Positions 1 to 9,377 of a DNA stretch of 64,000 nt are shown here, one piece after another. This DNA comes from an uncultured virus (IMG/VR IMGVR_UViG_3300002460_000023). Taxonomy: Duplodnaviria; Heunggongvirae; Uroviricota; Caudoviricetes. Position 1 is the first letter of the stretch. Each line of letters opens with the position of its first letter. A program made the position numbers and the translations under genes. The notes under the pieces were generated by a model, which saw only the letters and a list, made by a program, of their open reading frames with translations, did not search any database and had not been told where the DNA came from. The stretch covers positions 1 to 64,000 of IMG/VR virus record IMGVR_UViG_3300002460_000023. One strand, written 5' to 3'.

Positions 1-54
1 AGCTACTTGACGGTTACACCCTTGGTGAACGATGGCTTCTTGACGCCACCCTTG

Positions 55-837
55 TCAGGCCCAGAGGGCGGCACGGCGGGCGGCCTTTTCGTCTGCGGGT
101 CGCGGACTTTCTGCGGCCGGTTGTCGTTGCTTTGCATTCCTGACGACGGCAAATTGCTCACTGTTCAGCCTCCTAGCGATGGCAATGAGAAAGTCATTGC
201 CGTTGTAAACACCAAGACCCTGTACCTTCTCCAGCTCAAAGCCACTGGCCTGAAGGTCACGATAAAGCTGCCACTGCTTCACCGGTTCATACAGCATGCC
301 GGTTTCACCCGACATTGTTATGTCCATTTCGTATTCGGCTTGCTGCCTTCCTTGTAGACAGCAAAGGTAAAGCCGCCCCCCTTCCGCTGTTACCCGTGCA
401 AGCTCCGTGGTGAAGGCTAAGCGTTCCGCAAGAGGCATAAACTCCAATACCTGTAAAACCAGCACCCCCTGGAAACGGCCTGTTATGAAAGGGAGGCTAC
501 GGACATCCCCAACAACAGGTGTCAAACCGTCTTCCGGGTAAGCCTTAACTGCCCCGCTTAGAACCTTAGCCGACAGGTCAACCGGTATCACCCTGATCTT
601 GCTGCGTCCTTCAAAGGATTGCAGAAAGTGGCTGGTCTTGGCCGTACCACACCCGGCGTCAAGCACAAGACCCCCGCCGTCTTGGAGGGCTACAGTCACC
701 ATCTTAAGAACAGCCGACTGCAAGGGGCTAACCTTGCCCTTATTCTCCTCCGTAAACTGGTCGCGGGCCAGAACGCTTTCCAGGTATCGCCTCTGGTTGG
801 CGATCGTGTAGCTAGCCTTGGGCTCTGGGAGCTTCAC
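55..837 (-). CDS. Class I SAM-dependent methyltransferase
   Basis: Motif I LVLDAGCGTA, VDLS, VGDVRSLPF and ELARVTAEGGRL, typical of Methyltransf_11/25. Confidence 0.85.
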   Translation of the reverse strand: MKLPEPKASYTIANQRRYLESVLARDQFTEENKGKVSPLQSAVLKMVTVALQDGGGLVLDAGCGTAKTSHFLQSFEGRSKIRVIPVDLSAKVLSGAVKAYPEDGLTPVVGDVRSLPFITGRFQGVLVLQVLEFMPLAERLAFTTELARVTAEGGRLYLCCLQGRQQAEYEMDITMSGETGMLYEPVKQWQLYRDLQASGFELEKVQGLGVYNGNDFLIAIARRLNSEQFAVVRNAKQRQPAAESPRPADEKAARRAALWA

Positions 838-1265
838 GCCGGTATGCCCATATGGCCGAAGAATTTCTTCAGCTTCTGCTCGGCGGCGGGTAGAAGCTTA
901 TAACGCTCCTGGTACCCGGCGCTCGTGGACATGGTGGTATGCGCGAGGAACCCCTCACTGGACAAGTTGCTGAACACTCTACGAAGGTGTCGAGCCCGCG
1001 TCTTGTGCGCCGGAAGGAACTGAAAGGCATCTGCTCGGTAGAAGTTTGTCTTACGTAGCCCCAACAGAAGAACCTTCTCGGCGATGCTCAGACACGGCGG
1101 ATAGAGCATGCTGGTGCCAGCCCGAAGTTGGGCTACTCGCCCAAGGCGGACCTTTTCCCTCAACCGCTTGGGTTGCCACTCCTGTTTTGGCCCAGCCTGC
1201 TGACGCTTGAGCTCTTGCGCCTTCCTCTTGAGCTTTCGGTAACGCTTCAACTCAACCTTTGACAT
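834..1265 (-). CDS. Basic hypothetical protein, possible winged-helix DNA-binding protein
   Basis: Likely start MSKVELK at 1265, overlapping the upstream gene end; C-terminal LRRVFSNLSSEGFL...YKLL resembles a wHTH. Confidence 0.45.
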   Translation of the reverse strand: MSKVELKRYRKLKRKAQELKRQQAGPKQEWQPKRLREKVRLGRVAQLRAGTSMLYPPCLSIAEKVLLLGLRKTNFYRADAFQFLPAHKTRARHLRRVFSNLSSEGFLAHTTMSTSAGYQERYKLLPAAEQKLKKFFGHMGIPA

Positions 1266-2184
1266 CTTTGTAAGCAGCATCGGTAGCCCCCTGGGTGAGT
1301 TGCCGGTGACGGAGATTGGCGACATACTGTTCCATGTGTGCCTGGAGTTCCTCTGTTGACAGGTTCTTGTAGAAATCTGGGGGCTTGGGCTGAAGGATGT
1401 TATCACCTATGTGAACATCAACGTGCACCCCGTCCTTCATCTCTTTCTTATCGTCGGGCTTGGGCAGCCCCGCGTTGACGAACAGCCCAAGATTCTTCAT
1501 CAGGTCAAACGTGCGCAGTTCCCTAGCCTCAATCTCTTGACGAAGCTCTCGCCTGGAAATGTATTGGTCAGCCCCCATTGCAGTGAGGTCATTGAAGGCT
1601 TGTCGCTGTAGCGTCTCCAGGCGGTTTAGCGTGCTCAGGATGCTGGTCTGTGCCTCTTCTGCGGTAGCCGCTAATACCTTGAAGTGTGATAACTCCCGGA
1701 GATCGCTGCGGACTATCCTGTTGGCAATACCCCAATGCTGGGCAATCTCCGGGATGGTGTACCCCTGTGCTAACAGGTCAGCAGAAATAAGTCGGCGCAT
1801 CCACAGAGCCAGGTTCTCGGCTTCTAGACGGGCCAACCTCGGGGTACCATGTACACGACCCTTGGCGACCTTGCCAACACCTTGAAGAACCTGCTGCACA
1901 CGCTTGGTGTCATAAGCCGCCATTGGCAGACTTACACCCTGTGTCAACATTTCAATGGCTCTGGAAATAGCAGTAATACTTTCCGGGTTGTACGCAGAGG
2001 GAGCGTGCCCCTGTATGGCCTCCTTACGGATAGCCATATTCTTGGCACGCCGCAGTTGATGCCTAACGGCTTGGCTGGGTTGGCCAGTAGCCGGGTTGAT
2101 GACAACCCGCCGCTTCACCTGCTTCCCAACCAGCGTCTTCACCGGGGCTTGAGTGTCGGTGACCTTAACCCGCTTCATCTGCAT
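1252..2184 (-). CDS. HTH protein, putative terminase small subunit
   Basis: HTH LAQGYTIPEIAQHWGIANRIVRSDL followed by helical hairpin ending LMKNLGL; SD AGGGG before ATG at 2184. Confidence 0.5.
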   Translation of the reverse strand: MQMKRVKVTDTQAPVKTLVGKQVKRRVVINPATGQPSQAVRHQLRRAKNMAIRKEAIQGHAPSAYNPESITAISRAIEMLTQGVSLPMAAYDTKRVQQVLQGVGKVAKGRVHGTPRLARLEAENLALWMRRLISADLLAQGYTIPEIAQHWGIANRIVRSDLRELSHFKVLAATAEEAQTSILSTLNRLETLQRQAFNDLTAMGADQYISRRELRQEIEARELRTFDLMKNLGLFVNAGLPKPDDKKEMKDGVHVDVHIGDNILQPKPPDFYKNLSTEELQAHMEQYVANLRHRQLTQGATDAAYKDVKG

Positions 2185-2497
2185 CAACTTCCCCTGTTTT
2201 CGCTGTCGGATGGCCAACGGTGACGCCCTGCGACTGCAAGAATTCACTCTCGTCTATGAAGAAGACCCACGAGATAACGCTGTTCGCACACTTAAACGTG
2301 ATCTGCCAGACCGCTTCCTTGGCTTCTCGCATTACGCGATCCTGCCTATCGAATACCCACTCGTGCCCAGATGCACAGCGGTAAGGCTCCAGCCCAAGGA
2401 AGCGTTTCTGGTCGTTCTGCCTGTCAGCCGCTATGCGGCAGTCGGGGCAAGCCGCAAACTTGAACCCATACGCGGGCGACATGAACACCGGTTGCAC
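2165..2497 (-). CDS. Hypothetical zinc-ribbon protein
   Basis: CPDC...CASGH motif; tightly packed in operon. Confidence 0.55.
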   Translation of the reverse strand: MQPVFMSPAYGFKFAACPDCRIAADRQNDQKRFLGLEPYRCASGHEWVFDRQDRVMREAKEAVWQITFKCANSVISWVFFIDESEFLQSQGVTVGHPTAKTGEVDADEAG

Positions 2498-2500
2498 TTG

Positions 2501-2884
2501 CTACACCCGTTCGCCGACGTCCAGGACGCGAACGCCCTTCTCCATAGCCTGCGCCCTCACCTGCTTGTTACGCTTGTACATCTTGATGAAATTCTCCACG
2601 ATCTTGGCCGGGTCAGCGTTCTCTGGGGTCTCCTCCCAGAAGATGGTGGGATTGTTCTTCGTCTCCACCCAGCTTGCCGACTTGTCGTTCTTCTTGTCCT
2701 TCCCCGTGATTTGAAGAATGAACCGGCCCTGCTCCGGGGAGCTTTCATCAAGCTCGATGACTGAACCCTCGATCGCGGTGAAGTGCTGCGTGACAGAGCG
2801 GTCGCGCAACTCGGTCGCCACGAAACGGAAACGGCGCTTTACACCCACGGGCTTCTTGACATTGACAGAGGCTTCTGCGGCCAC
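2501..2884 (-). CDS. Hypothetical protein
   Basis: SD CAGGAGG before GTG; operon-packed. Confidence 0.7.
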   Translation of the reverse strand: MAAEASVNVKKPVGVKRRFRFVATELRDRSVTQHFTAIEGSVIELDESSPEQGRFILQITGKDKKNDKSASWVETKNNPTIFWEETPENADPAKIVENFIKMYKRNKQVRAQAMEKGVRVLDVGERV

Positions 2885-2912
2885 GCGCTTACCCTCCTGA
2901 ATTGGGTTACCT

Positions 2913-3464
2913 TCATTGAAGCAGCTTAACGGCCCCTATTGCCTGAAATACGGGGTGCTCATACAAGGCTTCTACAATTTCGTTAACACCAGCCTCACCG
3001 TTCAAAACCCAATCGGGGTGTACCCACTGGTCCACCAGATTACGCACCTTGGTGAAGCGCCCCTGCACCCACGCGCTGTCTTGGTGGCTGTCCCTGCGGA
3101 TGCGCCGCTTGTAAGCTAACTGATAGTCACAGTCCAGCAAGGCCACCGTAAGCTTGAAATCAAGGCTGATAACACTTGAGAAAAACTTCCCGTTACCGAG
3201 CCTATCCCCCTCTGCAAGTATAAAGCGAATCGGCGTAAAAGCCAACCACTTTAGCACGGGAGTTATCGCGTTCATAGCCAAGCCGTCTGTTCCGCTGAAG
3301 CCACCACCTCGTATGACACCTATCTCAGCCCCAACCGGATACCGGACATAGCTGACAAGCCCTTCCTTGCACTGCATACTAGGAACATACCGCAAGGCAG
3401 AACGTACGGCGGTCGTCTTACCCGCGCCGGGCGGGCCAATCAGGTAAAACAGGTGCTTATCCAC
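2913..3464 (-). CDS. P-loop nucleotide kinase, resembling those of phage base-modification clusters
   Basis: Walker A GPPGAGKTT; GTDGLAMN and EGDRL motifs; lid RRIRRDSHQD. Confidence 0.7.
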   Translation of the reverse strand: MDKHLFYLIGPPGAGKTTAVRSALRYVPSMQCKEGLVSYVRYPVGAEIGVIRGGGFSGTDGLAMNAITPVLKWLAFTPIRFILAEGDRLGNGKFFSSVISLDFKLTVALLDCDYQLAYKRRIRRDSHQDSAWVQGRFTKVRNLVDQWVHPDWVLNGEAGVNEIVEALYEHPVFQAIGAVKLLQ

Positions 3465-3483
3465 GAGGGTTCCCTATAAAGAA

Positions 3484-3927
3484 TCCAGCTTGCCGTCGAG
3501 CCTCCGGGCGCCCCCGCTCGGTGCCCAACGACAAGCTGGAGTGAAATTGAGCAGCACGGTGAGCACGGGTTTCCACCAACCCTATCTGTAGAGCTGTGTC
3601 TGTAGCCGCTTACAGGCCCGGTCTTCCCCATCCGGCAAGGTTACAGTGTCAGGGCACACAGCTTCTACATAGCCCACTTTCATCTACGGCGTTGGTCCCC
3701 ACCCACGCCGTAGAATATAGTCACCGAACATGCCGCTCGCGGTGACAAAACGTTTGCCCTTCACATTGGATTCCGCCAATGCTGTAACGACCGGGCCAGC
3801 CGTGCCATTTGTCTCACCAGAGTTAGCACGGACCTGTGGTCGAGCCTATACCGTGCATTTCTCAGCCGGGATCGAGCCGGCCTCCCTTCGCATCAGCCCT
3901 CGGCAAGCGAGCGGGAATTGAACCCGC
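3484..3927 (-). ncRNA. Candidate structured non-coding RNA with two T-arm-like hairpins
   Basis: At least 7 stems in a gap with no convincing ORF; GCGGGTTCAATTCCCGC and GCCGGCTCGATCCCGGC; G-U pairs favour the minus strand. Confidence 0.5.
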
Positions 3928-3928
3928 C

Positions 3929-4423
3929 TTACAACTGTTCTGTTCTGTGCCAACCGCGCTCCTGCCTAAATGCCCACCGTTGTACAATACGGCTTTCACT
4001 GTTCATACGCAACACAGTCCTTGCAGCAAAACGGTAGAGCCTGTTCGTTAGGCAACGATACGTCGGATGTGGCACGACTATCAAGCTACCCGGCCATACT
4101 TCCAATGCGACCTGTTCTGCCTGGACGCCGGTGGCGACTACCACGTCTGGTCGTCGGACGTTGATCCAGTATCTAACGTAGTCGGGGTCCGGCTCCAAAC
4201 GACTACTAGGTCGATCGCCGACGTGCCAAGTGGTGTTAAAGAACCAAATGCCGCACGGGTCCCATTCAAAGTCAAATAACAGTCGGAGTCTAGAGCCGGT
4301 CTTATTAACCTTCCGGTCGAAACCTGGATGCCACCATTGACCGTGTTGGAGCATCCTCTCAAAGCGCGCTCGGTGCCCCGGGGAACGAGCATCATAGGCG
4401 TTCTGCATGAGGCAAAGAATCAT
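3929..4423 (-). CDS. Uracil-DNA-glycosylase-fold-like protein
   Basis: RPDVVVATGVQA...IVVPHPTYR resembles UDG superfamily C-terminal motifs. Confidence 0.45.
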   Translation of the reverse strand: MILCLMQNAYDARSPGHRARFERMLQHGQWWHPGFDRKVNKTGSRLRLLFDFEWDPCGIWFFNTTWHVGDRPSSRLEPDPDYVRYWINVRRPDVVVATGVQAEQVALEVWPGSLIVVPHPTYRCLTNRLYRFAARTVLRMNSESRIVQRWAFRQERGWHRTEQL

Positions 4424-5060
4424 CTGTCTTCCGTTCTAGGATAGCCTGCATGTAGTCGCCGGTTCTCCAGAGGGAATGGATACCCCAATGAGATAGCTTA
4501 AAGCCCACCGCAGCACGCAGAAGGCTGCCCTGAGTAATTGGCGTATCCGTTATTTGTTCAGACCCATCTGGGGGTGCAATGGCGGGCCCTCCGATGTACA
4601 CAAATTCAGTGACCAAGCGAGCTAGCGCTCGCCAGACACGCCTGTAAAGGGCAGGTTGGATATGCTCATAAGAGTCGAGAAACAGAGCACAGGCAAGTGG
4701 CTCTATTCTGTCTTCTAACCACTTCACGATGTCACCAGTGTCTACGTGAACACCCTGATTGTTTGAAGCAGCGTAACCAGCCAGAATAGGGGACAGCTCT
4801 ACACCCAGAAGCCGACTTGGCGTAATACCCAGCTTCTGCAAGACAACCAAAGAGTAGCCGGCGCCACAACCAAGATCGGCGATGGTGCCTTCGGCTGGGA
4901 CACCTACTGTTTTCAACACTTCTGACATCATACGATGTCTTGGCCCGCCAGTAGCGTAATAGCTCATCTGCTTCTGAAGGTCCTTGTCGTAGTAAGCCCG
5001 TATCTGTGTCAGTGTGCTACCGTCGTGCTGTGTTCCACCAAGACTGATGATCAAGCTCAA
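4392..5060 (-). CDS. Class I SAM-dependent methyltransferase
   Basis: IADLGCGAG, GVELS, DSYEHI motifs. Confidence 0.85.
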   Translation of the reverse strand: MSLIISLGGTQHDGSTLTQIRAYYDKDLQKQMSYYATGGPRHRMMSEVLKTVGVPAEGTIADLGCGAGYSLVVLQKLGITPSRLLGVELSPILAGYAASNNQGVHVDTGDIVKWLEDRIEPLACALFLDSYEHIQPALYRRVWRALARLVTEFVYIGGPAIAPPDGSEQITDTPITQGSLLRAAVGFKLSHWGIHSLWRTGDYMQAILERKTDDSLPHAERL

Positions 5061-5461
5061 GAGTGTAGCCCTCTAGAGAAGGCACCTTCTACTAGGTATG
5101 CAGATGTTCTAAATTCGTTGAAGGAGTAGACATTCTGGAGCCAAGACCTTACCTGCTCGTTTTCTACAGACAACACGAATTTTGCGCCCCTTGGTGGATA
5201 GTCTATTGCTAACGGAAAGGTTACCTCTAGCCTGTTTCTGCCAAGCGCCTTCGCGGACAGAATCGCCATTCTAGTTGCCACGGTGTCTACGTACCAGACG
5301 ATGCCTTTAGCCCGATCCATAATTTCCACGCTGGGAACACCAGAAGACCAATTTTTCAGAGTAAGCTCAAAGCCGAAACTAGAAGCTGCGGCAGGGTTTG
5401 TGAGCACTGAAGGTTCTCCGGTCACGCCTGTAACGGGGAACGTCGTCATTTCTGCTTCCAT
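5057..5461 (-). CDS. Hypothetical protein
   Basis: 4-nt overlap with downstream methyltransferase. Confidence 0.6.
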   Translation of the reverse strand: MEAEMTTFPVTGVTGEPSVLTNPAAASSFGFELTLKNWSSGVPSVEIMDRAKGIVWYVDTVATRMAILSAKALGRNRLEVTFPLAIDYPPRGAKFVLSVENEQVRSWLQNVYSFNEFRTSAYLVEGAFSRGLHS

Positions 5462-5831
5462 ACAATCGCAGGTACCAAGATGGCGGCTTTAACTCTCTGC
5501 TGTCTTCACGGCGCTTCTGGTTGTCAAGATAACGGATGTACCCAGGGTGCAGGTAAGACTTGATGTCTAAGGGGTCGGGATAATCAACAAAACCAACAGA
5601 AGAAGGTAATACTCCCGTCCAGTCACACAAAAAACCAGCGGAGGGCCGAATGCCGTACCTTCCCATCTTAGAACGAAGGGTATTTAGGGTTATACCCTCG
5701 AATATCGCGTTGTCTACATCCAAGGTTATCTCATCAACGACTATTGGACACCCTGCGAGGGTGCCGGATAAGCCTTCTTGTAGGCTATCTGACATCGGAT
5801 GAACTCTCGGTATTGAGCAGACAGATGACAA
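5379..5831 (-). CDS. Hypothetical protein (start uncertain)
   Basis: Fills the gap on the coding strand; overlaps neighbours. Confidence 0.45.
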   Translation of the reverse strand: MSSVCSIPRVHPMSDSLQEGLSGTLAGCPIVVDEITLDVDNAIFEGITLNTLRSKMGRYGIRPSAGFLCDWTGVLPSSVGFVDYPDPLDIKSYLHPGYIRYLDNQKRREDSRELKPPSWYLRLYGSRNDDVPRYRRDRRTFSAHKPCRSF

Positions 5832-6031
5832 CTAGTTGTGAACACGCGGTCAGCAGCTAATAGCTGCATCGCCTCTTTTATGTCTTCTGGTGTGACCTGG
5901 CAAATCATAGAGGCAAGAACGGGTTGCTGAATATTCCGTAATGTCTCTTCAACGTAAGTGCTAAGTCCCAGAACAACGGGGTGTACCCCTGCCCGGCTTA
6001 AAGCTGAGTGTGAACTGCTCGTTTTCCCCAT
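5741..6031 (-). CDS. Hypothetical protein
   Basis: SD AGAGG before ATG; coding strand. Confidence 0.45.
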   Translation of the reverse strand: MGKTSSSHSALSRAGVHPVVLGLSTYVEETLRNIQQPVLASMICQVTPEDIKEAMQLLAADRVFTTSCHLSAQYREFIRCQIAYKKAYPAPSQGVQ

Positions 6032-6266
6032 CGGTTACCTCTTTGTAGCGCCCCCAAGCCCCATCTGCCGCTGGACGAACGGGTAGCTTCGCAGTAAAGC
6101 AAAAACGCCCCACCGTCGCTAGGTTATAGGTGCAACCAGCGGGGAGCCCCGTGAAGGCCATAGGCCGACCACAGACACCACATGTAGCTCGCACGTAGAC
6201 TACGGAGTTTGCTGGGTCCGCGAAGGCAACAAGGTTGAAGCTTGTGTGTTCACAAGATTTTTCCAT
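5961..6266 (-). CDS. Hypothetical zinc-binding protein
   Basis: CEH...CGVCGRPM motif. Confidence 0.55.
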   Translation of the reverse strand: MEKSCEHTSFNLVAFADPANSVVYVRATCGVCGRPMAFTGLPAGCTYNLATVGRFCFTAKLPVRPAADGAWGRYKEVTDGENEQFTLSFKPGRGTPRCSGT

Positions 6267-6348
6267 TGCCAGCCAAGGTAAAAGTTAATGAAGATACCCC
6301 ACATGGGTTGCTGCCCCTGTACAACGCATGGTTTCCATGAGCCAGTCT

Positions 6349-6729
6349 TCAGATCGTAGCGGTAAGCGCACCCCTCTTGGATAGCCTTAACAAGCCTCGC
6401 TCTTGCAGATAGGTGCTTGTACGGAAAAGATACCCAATTTCTATCCATCCGTCGGTTCTCCAAGGAGGTTCCAAAGAGAGACTTACAGCAACACGGTCAA
6501 CCACGATTGAGCTTTCTATGAGTGGACACCAAAAGGGCACAGTAGTCGTGTAATCTACCGGCTTGTACGCGTGGAACAGTTTACAGAACCCATCACGGTA
6601 TCCGTCACCACGGTATCCATCACTGCTTTCACGGCCAATCAAAGCCGACCGGACACCGTAGAAAGGACAGTCAGCACAGCAAGAGACCCAACACCTCTTA
6701 ATGGGCAACGGGGTTACTGTACCCGTCAC
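6349..6729 (-). CDS. Hypothetical Cys-rich protein
   Basis: CADCPF...FCK...PFWCPL; GTGA overlap with upstream small gene. Confidence 0.55.
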   Translation of the reverse strand: MTGTVTPLPIKRCWVSCCADCPFYGVRSALIGRESSDGYRGDGYRDGFCKLFHAYKPVDYTTTVPFWCPLIESSIVVDRVAVSLSLEPPWRTDGWIEIGYLFRTSTYLQERGLLRLSKRGALTATI

Positions 6730-6884
6730 GTGTTAGCCCGCCACCAAAAGTGGACGGGCAGGCAGGGTAATAGACAGACCCACACGTGCCAGTAGGCGTT
6801 GCCAAGCTCATTGAACTCCCACTTCTTAGCCCAGAAAACGCCCACCCATACGTCTTCCAGCTTGAACTCAAAACGGATGTTCAT
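6726..6884 (-). CDS. Small Trp-rich hypothetical protein (52 aa, absent from the ORF track)
   Basis: Translated by hand: MNIRFEFKLEDVWVGVFWAKKWEFNELGNAYWHVWVCLLPCLPVHFWWRANT; ATGA and GTGA overlaps on the two sides. Confidence 0.7.
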   Translation of the reverse strand: MNIRFEFKLEDVWVGVFWAKKWEFNELGNAYWHVWVCLLPCLPVHFWWRANT

Positions 6885-7072
6885 CGACGCCTCCGGCTAC
6901 GGCAGTCCTCACACAGGTCAAGCTGGCAGTGGAACACGTGTTCTGAAGGTAAATACGCCGTGGTTATTTCAGTGAAGCAGTTGTCGCATCGCCGGGTGTA
7001 CTCAATCTCCTCGTGAGGAGACCACACAAGATAGCCCAACACTAAGACATTACCCGTCTTAAGGAGACTCAT
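6881..7072 (-). CDS. Small zinc-finger protein
   Basis: CDNC...CEDC; TAATG overlap with radical SAM stop. Confidence 0.6.
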   Translation of the reverse strand: MSLLKTGNVLVLGYLVWSPHEEIEYTRRCDNCFTEITTAYLPSEHVFHCQLDLCEDCRSRRRR

Positions 7073-8691
7073 TATCCAACCCCCACCCCTAGATTCTCAC
7101 GGGCTAACCGTTTTTCATCTTCCATGCGGGTACGGTGTGTAGGCACCGGCGGTTCTGTAGGTTCTATGTCTATGACAGGCCCGGCAACTTCCTGTGCCTT
7201 ACCAATCTTACCTTCATACGCTGTGTTAGCATACCCGCAGGCACCACATGATTTGCAATTACGATGCGTCTCTTTTGTATCGGTAAACCGGGGGTCCTCG
7301 TTCTCATAGTCGCTGCGGACGTAGTCGTACACGATGTCGCCGTTCACGTCCAGGTCCTTCTGGGGAAGCAGCTTGCCCCAGAAGTAGCGGTAAGGCGAGT
7401 CGGCGTTCTCGGGGCTGTTCCACAACATGTGCAGCCAATCTTTCACGCTCATGGCTTTGTGCTTGTTGTGCGCCCGCCCGCTACCGAAGTTAATATGGTC
7501 GCCAACCTTCTTGAAGTTGGCGGCCCAGTCCATCGCTTGGGCCATATCACCCCAAGCCACCCACCCCTTGCGCTTGGCGATGAGGATCGCCTCTGTCTGC
7601 TGGCCAATCGTGTAGCTGCCCAGAATGGGGTCGGTCTTGGGTACCCCACAACAGTTACAGGAGTCGTTCAACTCCTTGAAGTGAGGGTCACTAACCGCAA
7701 AGCTCATTCCGTACTGCCGGGCCAACCCCCAGGCTTTAAGGAAGTGAGGACGCTTCACTTCCTCATTGCAGCGCCGGTAGCTGTCAGTTGACCGTGACAT
7801 GCGGCGCCAGTATTCCTGCACGTCGTAGCCCAGGTGCTTGCTCATGTCGTCGTAGAGGGCTTTCAGGTTGGCATCGGCCATGCCACTGAGTGCCATCCAC
7901 TCGATGCTCACGGCTTCACACTTCCCCAGACAGGCTTCGTTGACCTTGGCAAACAACTCATCCATGTGCAAGTCGGACCACCCCAGCACGAACGGCCTGA
8001 AGCGCCAGTATACGCGCTTGCCCATTTCACTGAGCATGCGCATGATCTCCAACCGACGGCTGATAGCGGGGGCCCCCTTGTCGATCAGGCGCCCCATGTG
8101 GTCGTCCAACCCAGCAATGCTCATCTGAAACACAAAGTTCGTGGCATCCTGGATGACCATCTGGTATTCCGGGTGCATCAGCGCATCGCCCTTGAAGCAG
8201 ATGAACGTTGGGTAGTTATACTGCTTCAGCAGGGCCAGCATGGATAGCCCCACGCCAAACTGTTGTTCATACCGATCGAAGGGGTCGGTGAGCCCACCCC
8301 AGTGAAAGGGGATCTTGTAGCGGATGAACCCGTTGTAGAGCTCCTGCTCGTACAGGTTGTTGTTGGGCTTCCCGCTGAGCATCCGTTCTAGCTTCGCAAG
8401 GTCGATGGCCCTCACCTTTCTGGCGTTAAAGTCCTTTCCGGCCATGTTGTGGCTTATTTTGATCATACTGGCGAAGCAATAGCTACAGTCGTAGGCACAA
8501 AGTGAGTAGGCGTCTACGGTCATCGGGAATCCACAATCCGGAACTTCCGTGCTGATTCGCGGTGACATGTAGTCGTAACCACCAAGGTACATTTCCCGGT
8601 TCTTAGTCTGCTCACGGGTCAACGGCGTATCAGGCACCCCAGGCACGTAGGGCAGCTTGTCAACTAAGTCATACCGAGTTTTCATCTTCAC
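7072..8691 (-). CDS. Radical SAM protein (SPL/photolyase-like subgroup)
   Basis: CAYDCSYC CxxxCxxC motif; GGLTDPF, RRLEIMRMLSEMG, WRFRPF; extra CNCCG and CKSCGAC. Confidence 0.85.
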   Translation of the reverse strand: MKMKTRYDLVDKLPYVPGVPDTPLTREQTKNREMYLGGYDYMSPRISTEVPDCGFPMTVDAYSLCAYDCSYCFASMIKISHNMAGKDFNARKVRAIDLAKLERMLSGKPNNNLYEQELYNGFIRYKIPFHWGGLTDPFDRYEQQFGVGLSMLALLKQYNYPTFICFKGDALMHPEYQMVIQDATNFVFQMSIAGLDDHMGRLIDKGAPAISRRLEIMRMLSEMGKRVYWRFRPFVLGWSDLHMDELFAKVNEACLGKCEAVSIEWMALSGMADANLKALYDDMSKHLGYDVQEYWRRMSRSTDSYRRCNEEVKRPHFLKAWGLARQYGMSFAVSDPHFKELNDSCNCCGVPKTDPILGSYTIGQQTEAILIAKRKGWVAWGDMAQAMDWAANFKKVGDHINFGSGRAHNKHKAMSVKDWLHMLWNSPENADSPYRYFWGKLLPQKDLDVNGDIVYDYVRSDYENEDPRFTDTKETHRNCKSCGACGYANTAYEGKIGKAQEVAGPVIDIEPTEPPVPTHRTRMEDEKRLARENLGVGVG

Positions 8692-9274
8692 TTGTTTCCC
8701 CTTTAGGATATTTCAAACGCCAAGCTGCTCTACCACGAGGCTTCTTGTAAACTCGTCTATCAAACATCCCAAGCATGTATTCTTTGGCCATGTGACACGT
8801 GTGACAAAGTATCTCGGTGTTCTCAGGCGTATCGTTATGCTTGTTCCCATCTCTGTGGTGTGCATCTAACGTGATGCCCATCTTAGCTAACTCTACTTGA
8901 TGTTTACCACAACATTCACAACGATAACGCCGTAGAGCCTTCATCATGGGTCCTAAAACTTGCTTGAAGAAGTGAGAGTATCTGGCAGCTCCACCCTTCC
9001 AGTTGTAATTCTTTTCACCTAAATGGGCAAGCCGCATCTTATAGCGGGTATCATCTGTCATGCTCTTGCCACCAAAGTTCTGGTTGTTTTCACCCGACAT
9101 ATTCTCCCCAACGAAGGCATACCGACATTCATCAGAGCAAAATTGTAGCCTGCCCTCCTTAAACATACGGGTAGCCCCTCTTTTAGTCAAGGGGTCGCCG
9201 CAGCGTTCACAGAAGAGTTTAACGTAGCCAAACTCACGCACCTGTTTAGCTATCCACCGTGAACGGTTCCACAC
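8669..9274 (-). CDS. NUMOD3/HNH homing endonuclease (true N-terminus probably further upstream)
   Basis: GENNQNFGGKSM...KMRLAHLGEKNYNWKGG; DAHHRDGNKHNDTPENTEILCHTCH. Confidence 0.85.
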   Translation of the reverse strand: MWNRSRWIAKQVREFGYVKLFCERCGDPLTKRGATRMFKEGRLQFCSDECRYAFVGENMSGENNQNFGGKSMTDDTRYKMRLAHLGEKNYNWKGGAARYSHFFKQVLGPMMKALRRYRCECCGKHQVELAKMGITLDAHHRDGNKHNDTPENTEILCHTCHMAKEYMLGMFDRRVYKKPRGRAAWRLKYPKGETSEDENSV

Positions 9275-9377
9275 GAACTTGCAGTCATTGCCACAGGTCT
9301 TGCCATGCTGTTCACGGGATTGCGTGAATACCGTTCTACACGCTGGGCAGGTTACTTCTTTTCCAGCTTGGTATTTT

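Noticed and set aside
3440..3631. 63-aa ORF in the structured gap
   Set aside because: No SD or motif, overlaps the kinase start, and the region is better explained by RNA stems
3855..3900. Hammerhead ribozyme (CTGATG...GAAA on the minus strand)
   Set aside because: Core reads CUGAUGC rather than CUGANGA, and the flanking stems do not fit
3860..3970. Canonical tRNA or tmRNA around GGTTCAATTCCC
   Set aside because: No proper acceptor, D or anticodon arms and no CCA; kept only as T-arm-like hairpins
6200..6463. 87-aa ORF as a confident gene
   Set aside because: Has a GGAG SD but overlaps both neighbours substantially; plausible but not supportable by eye
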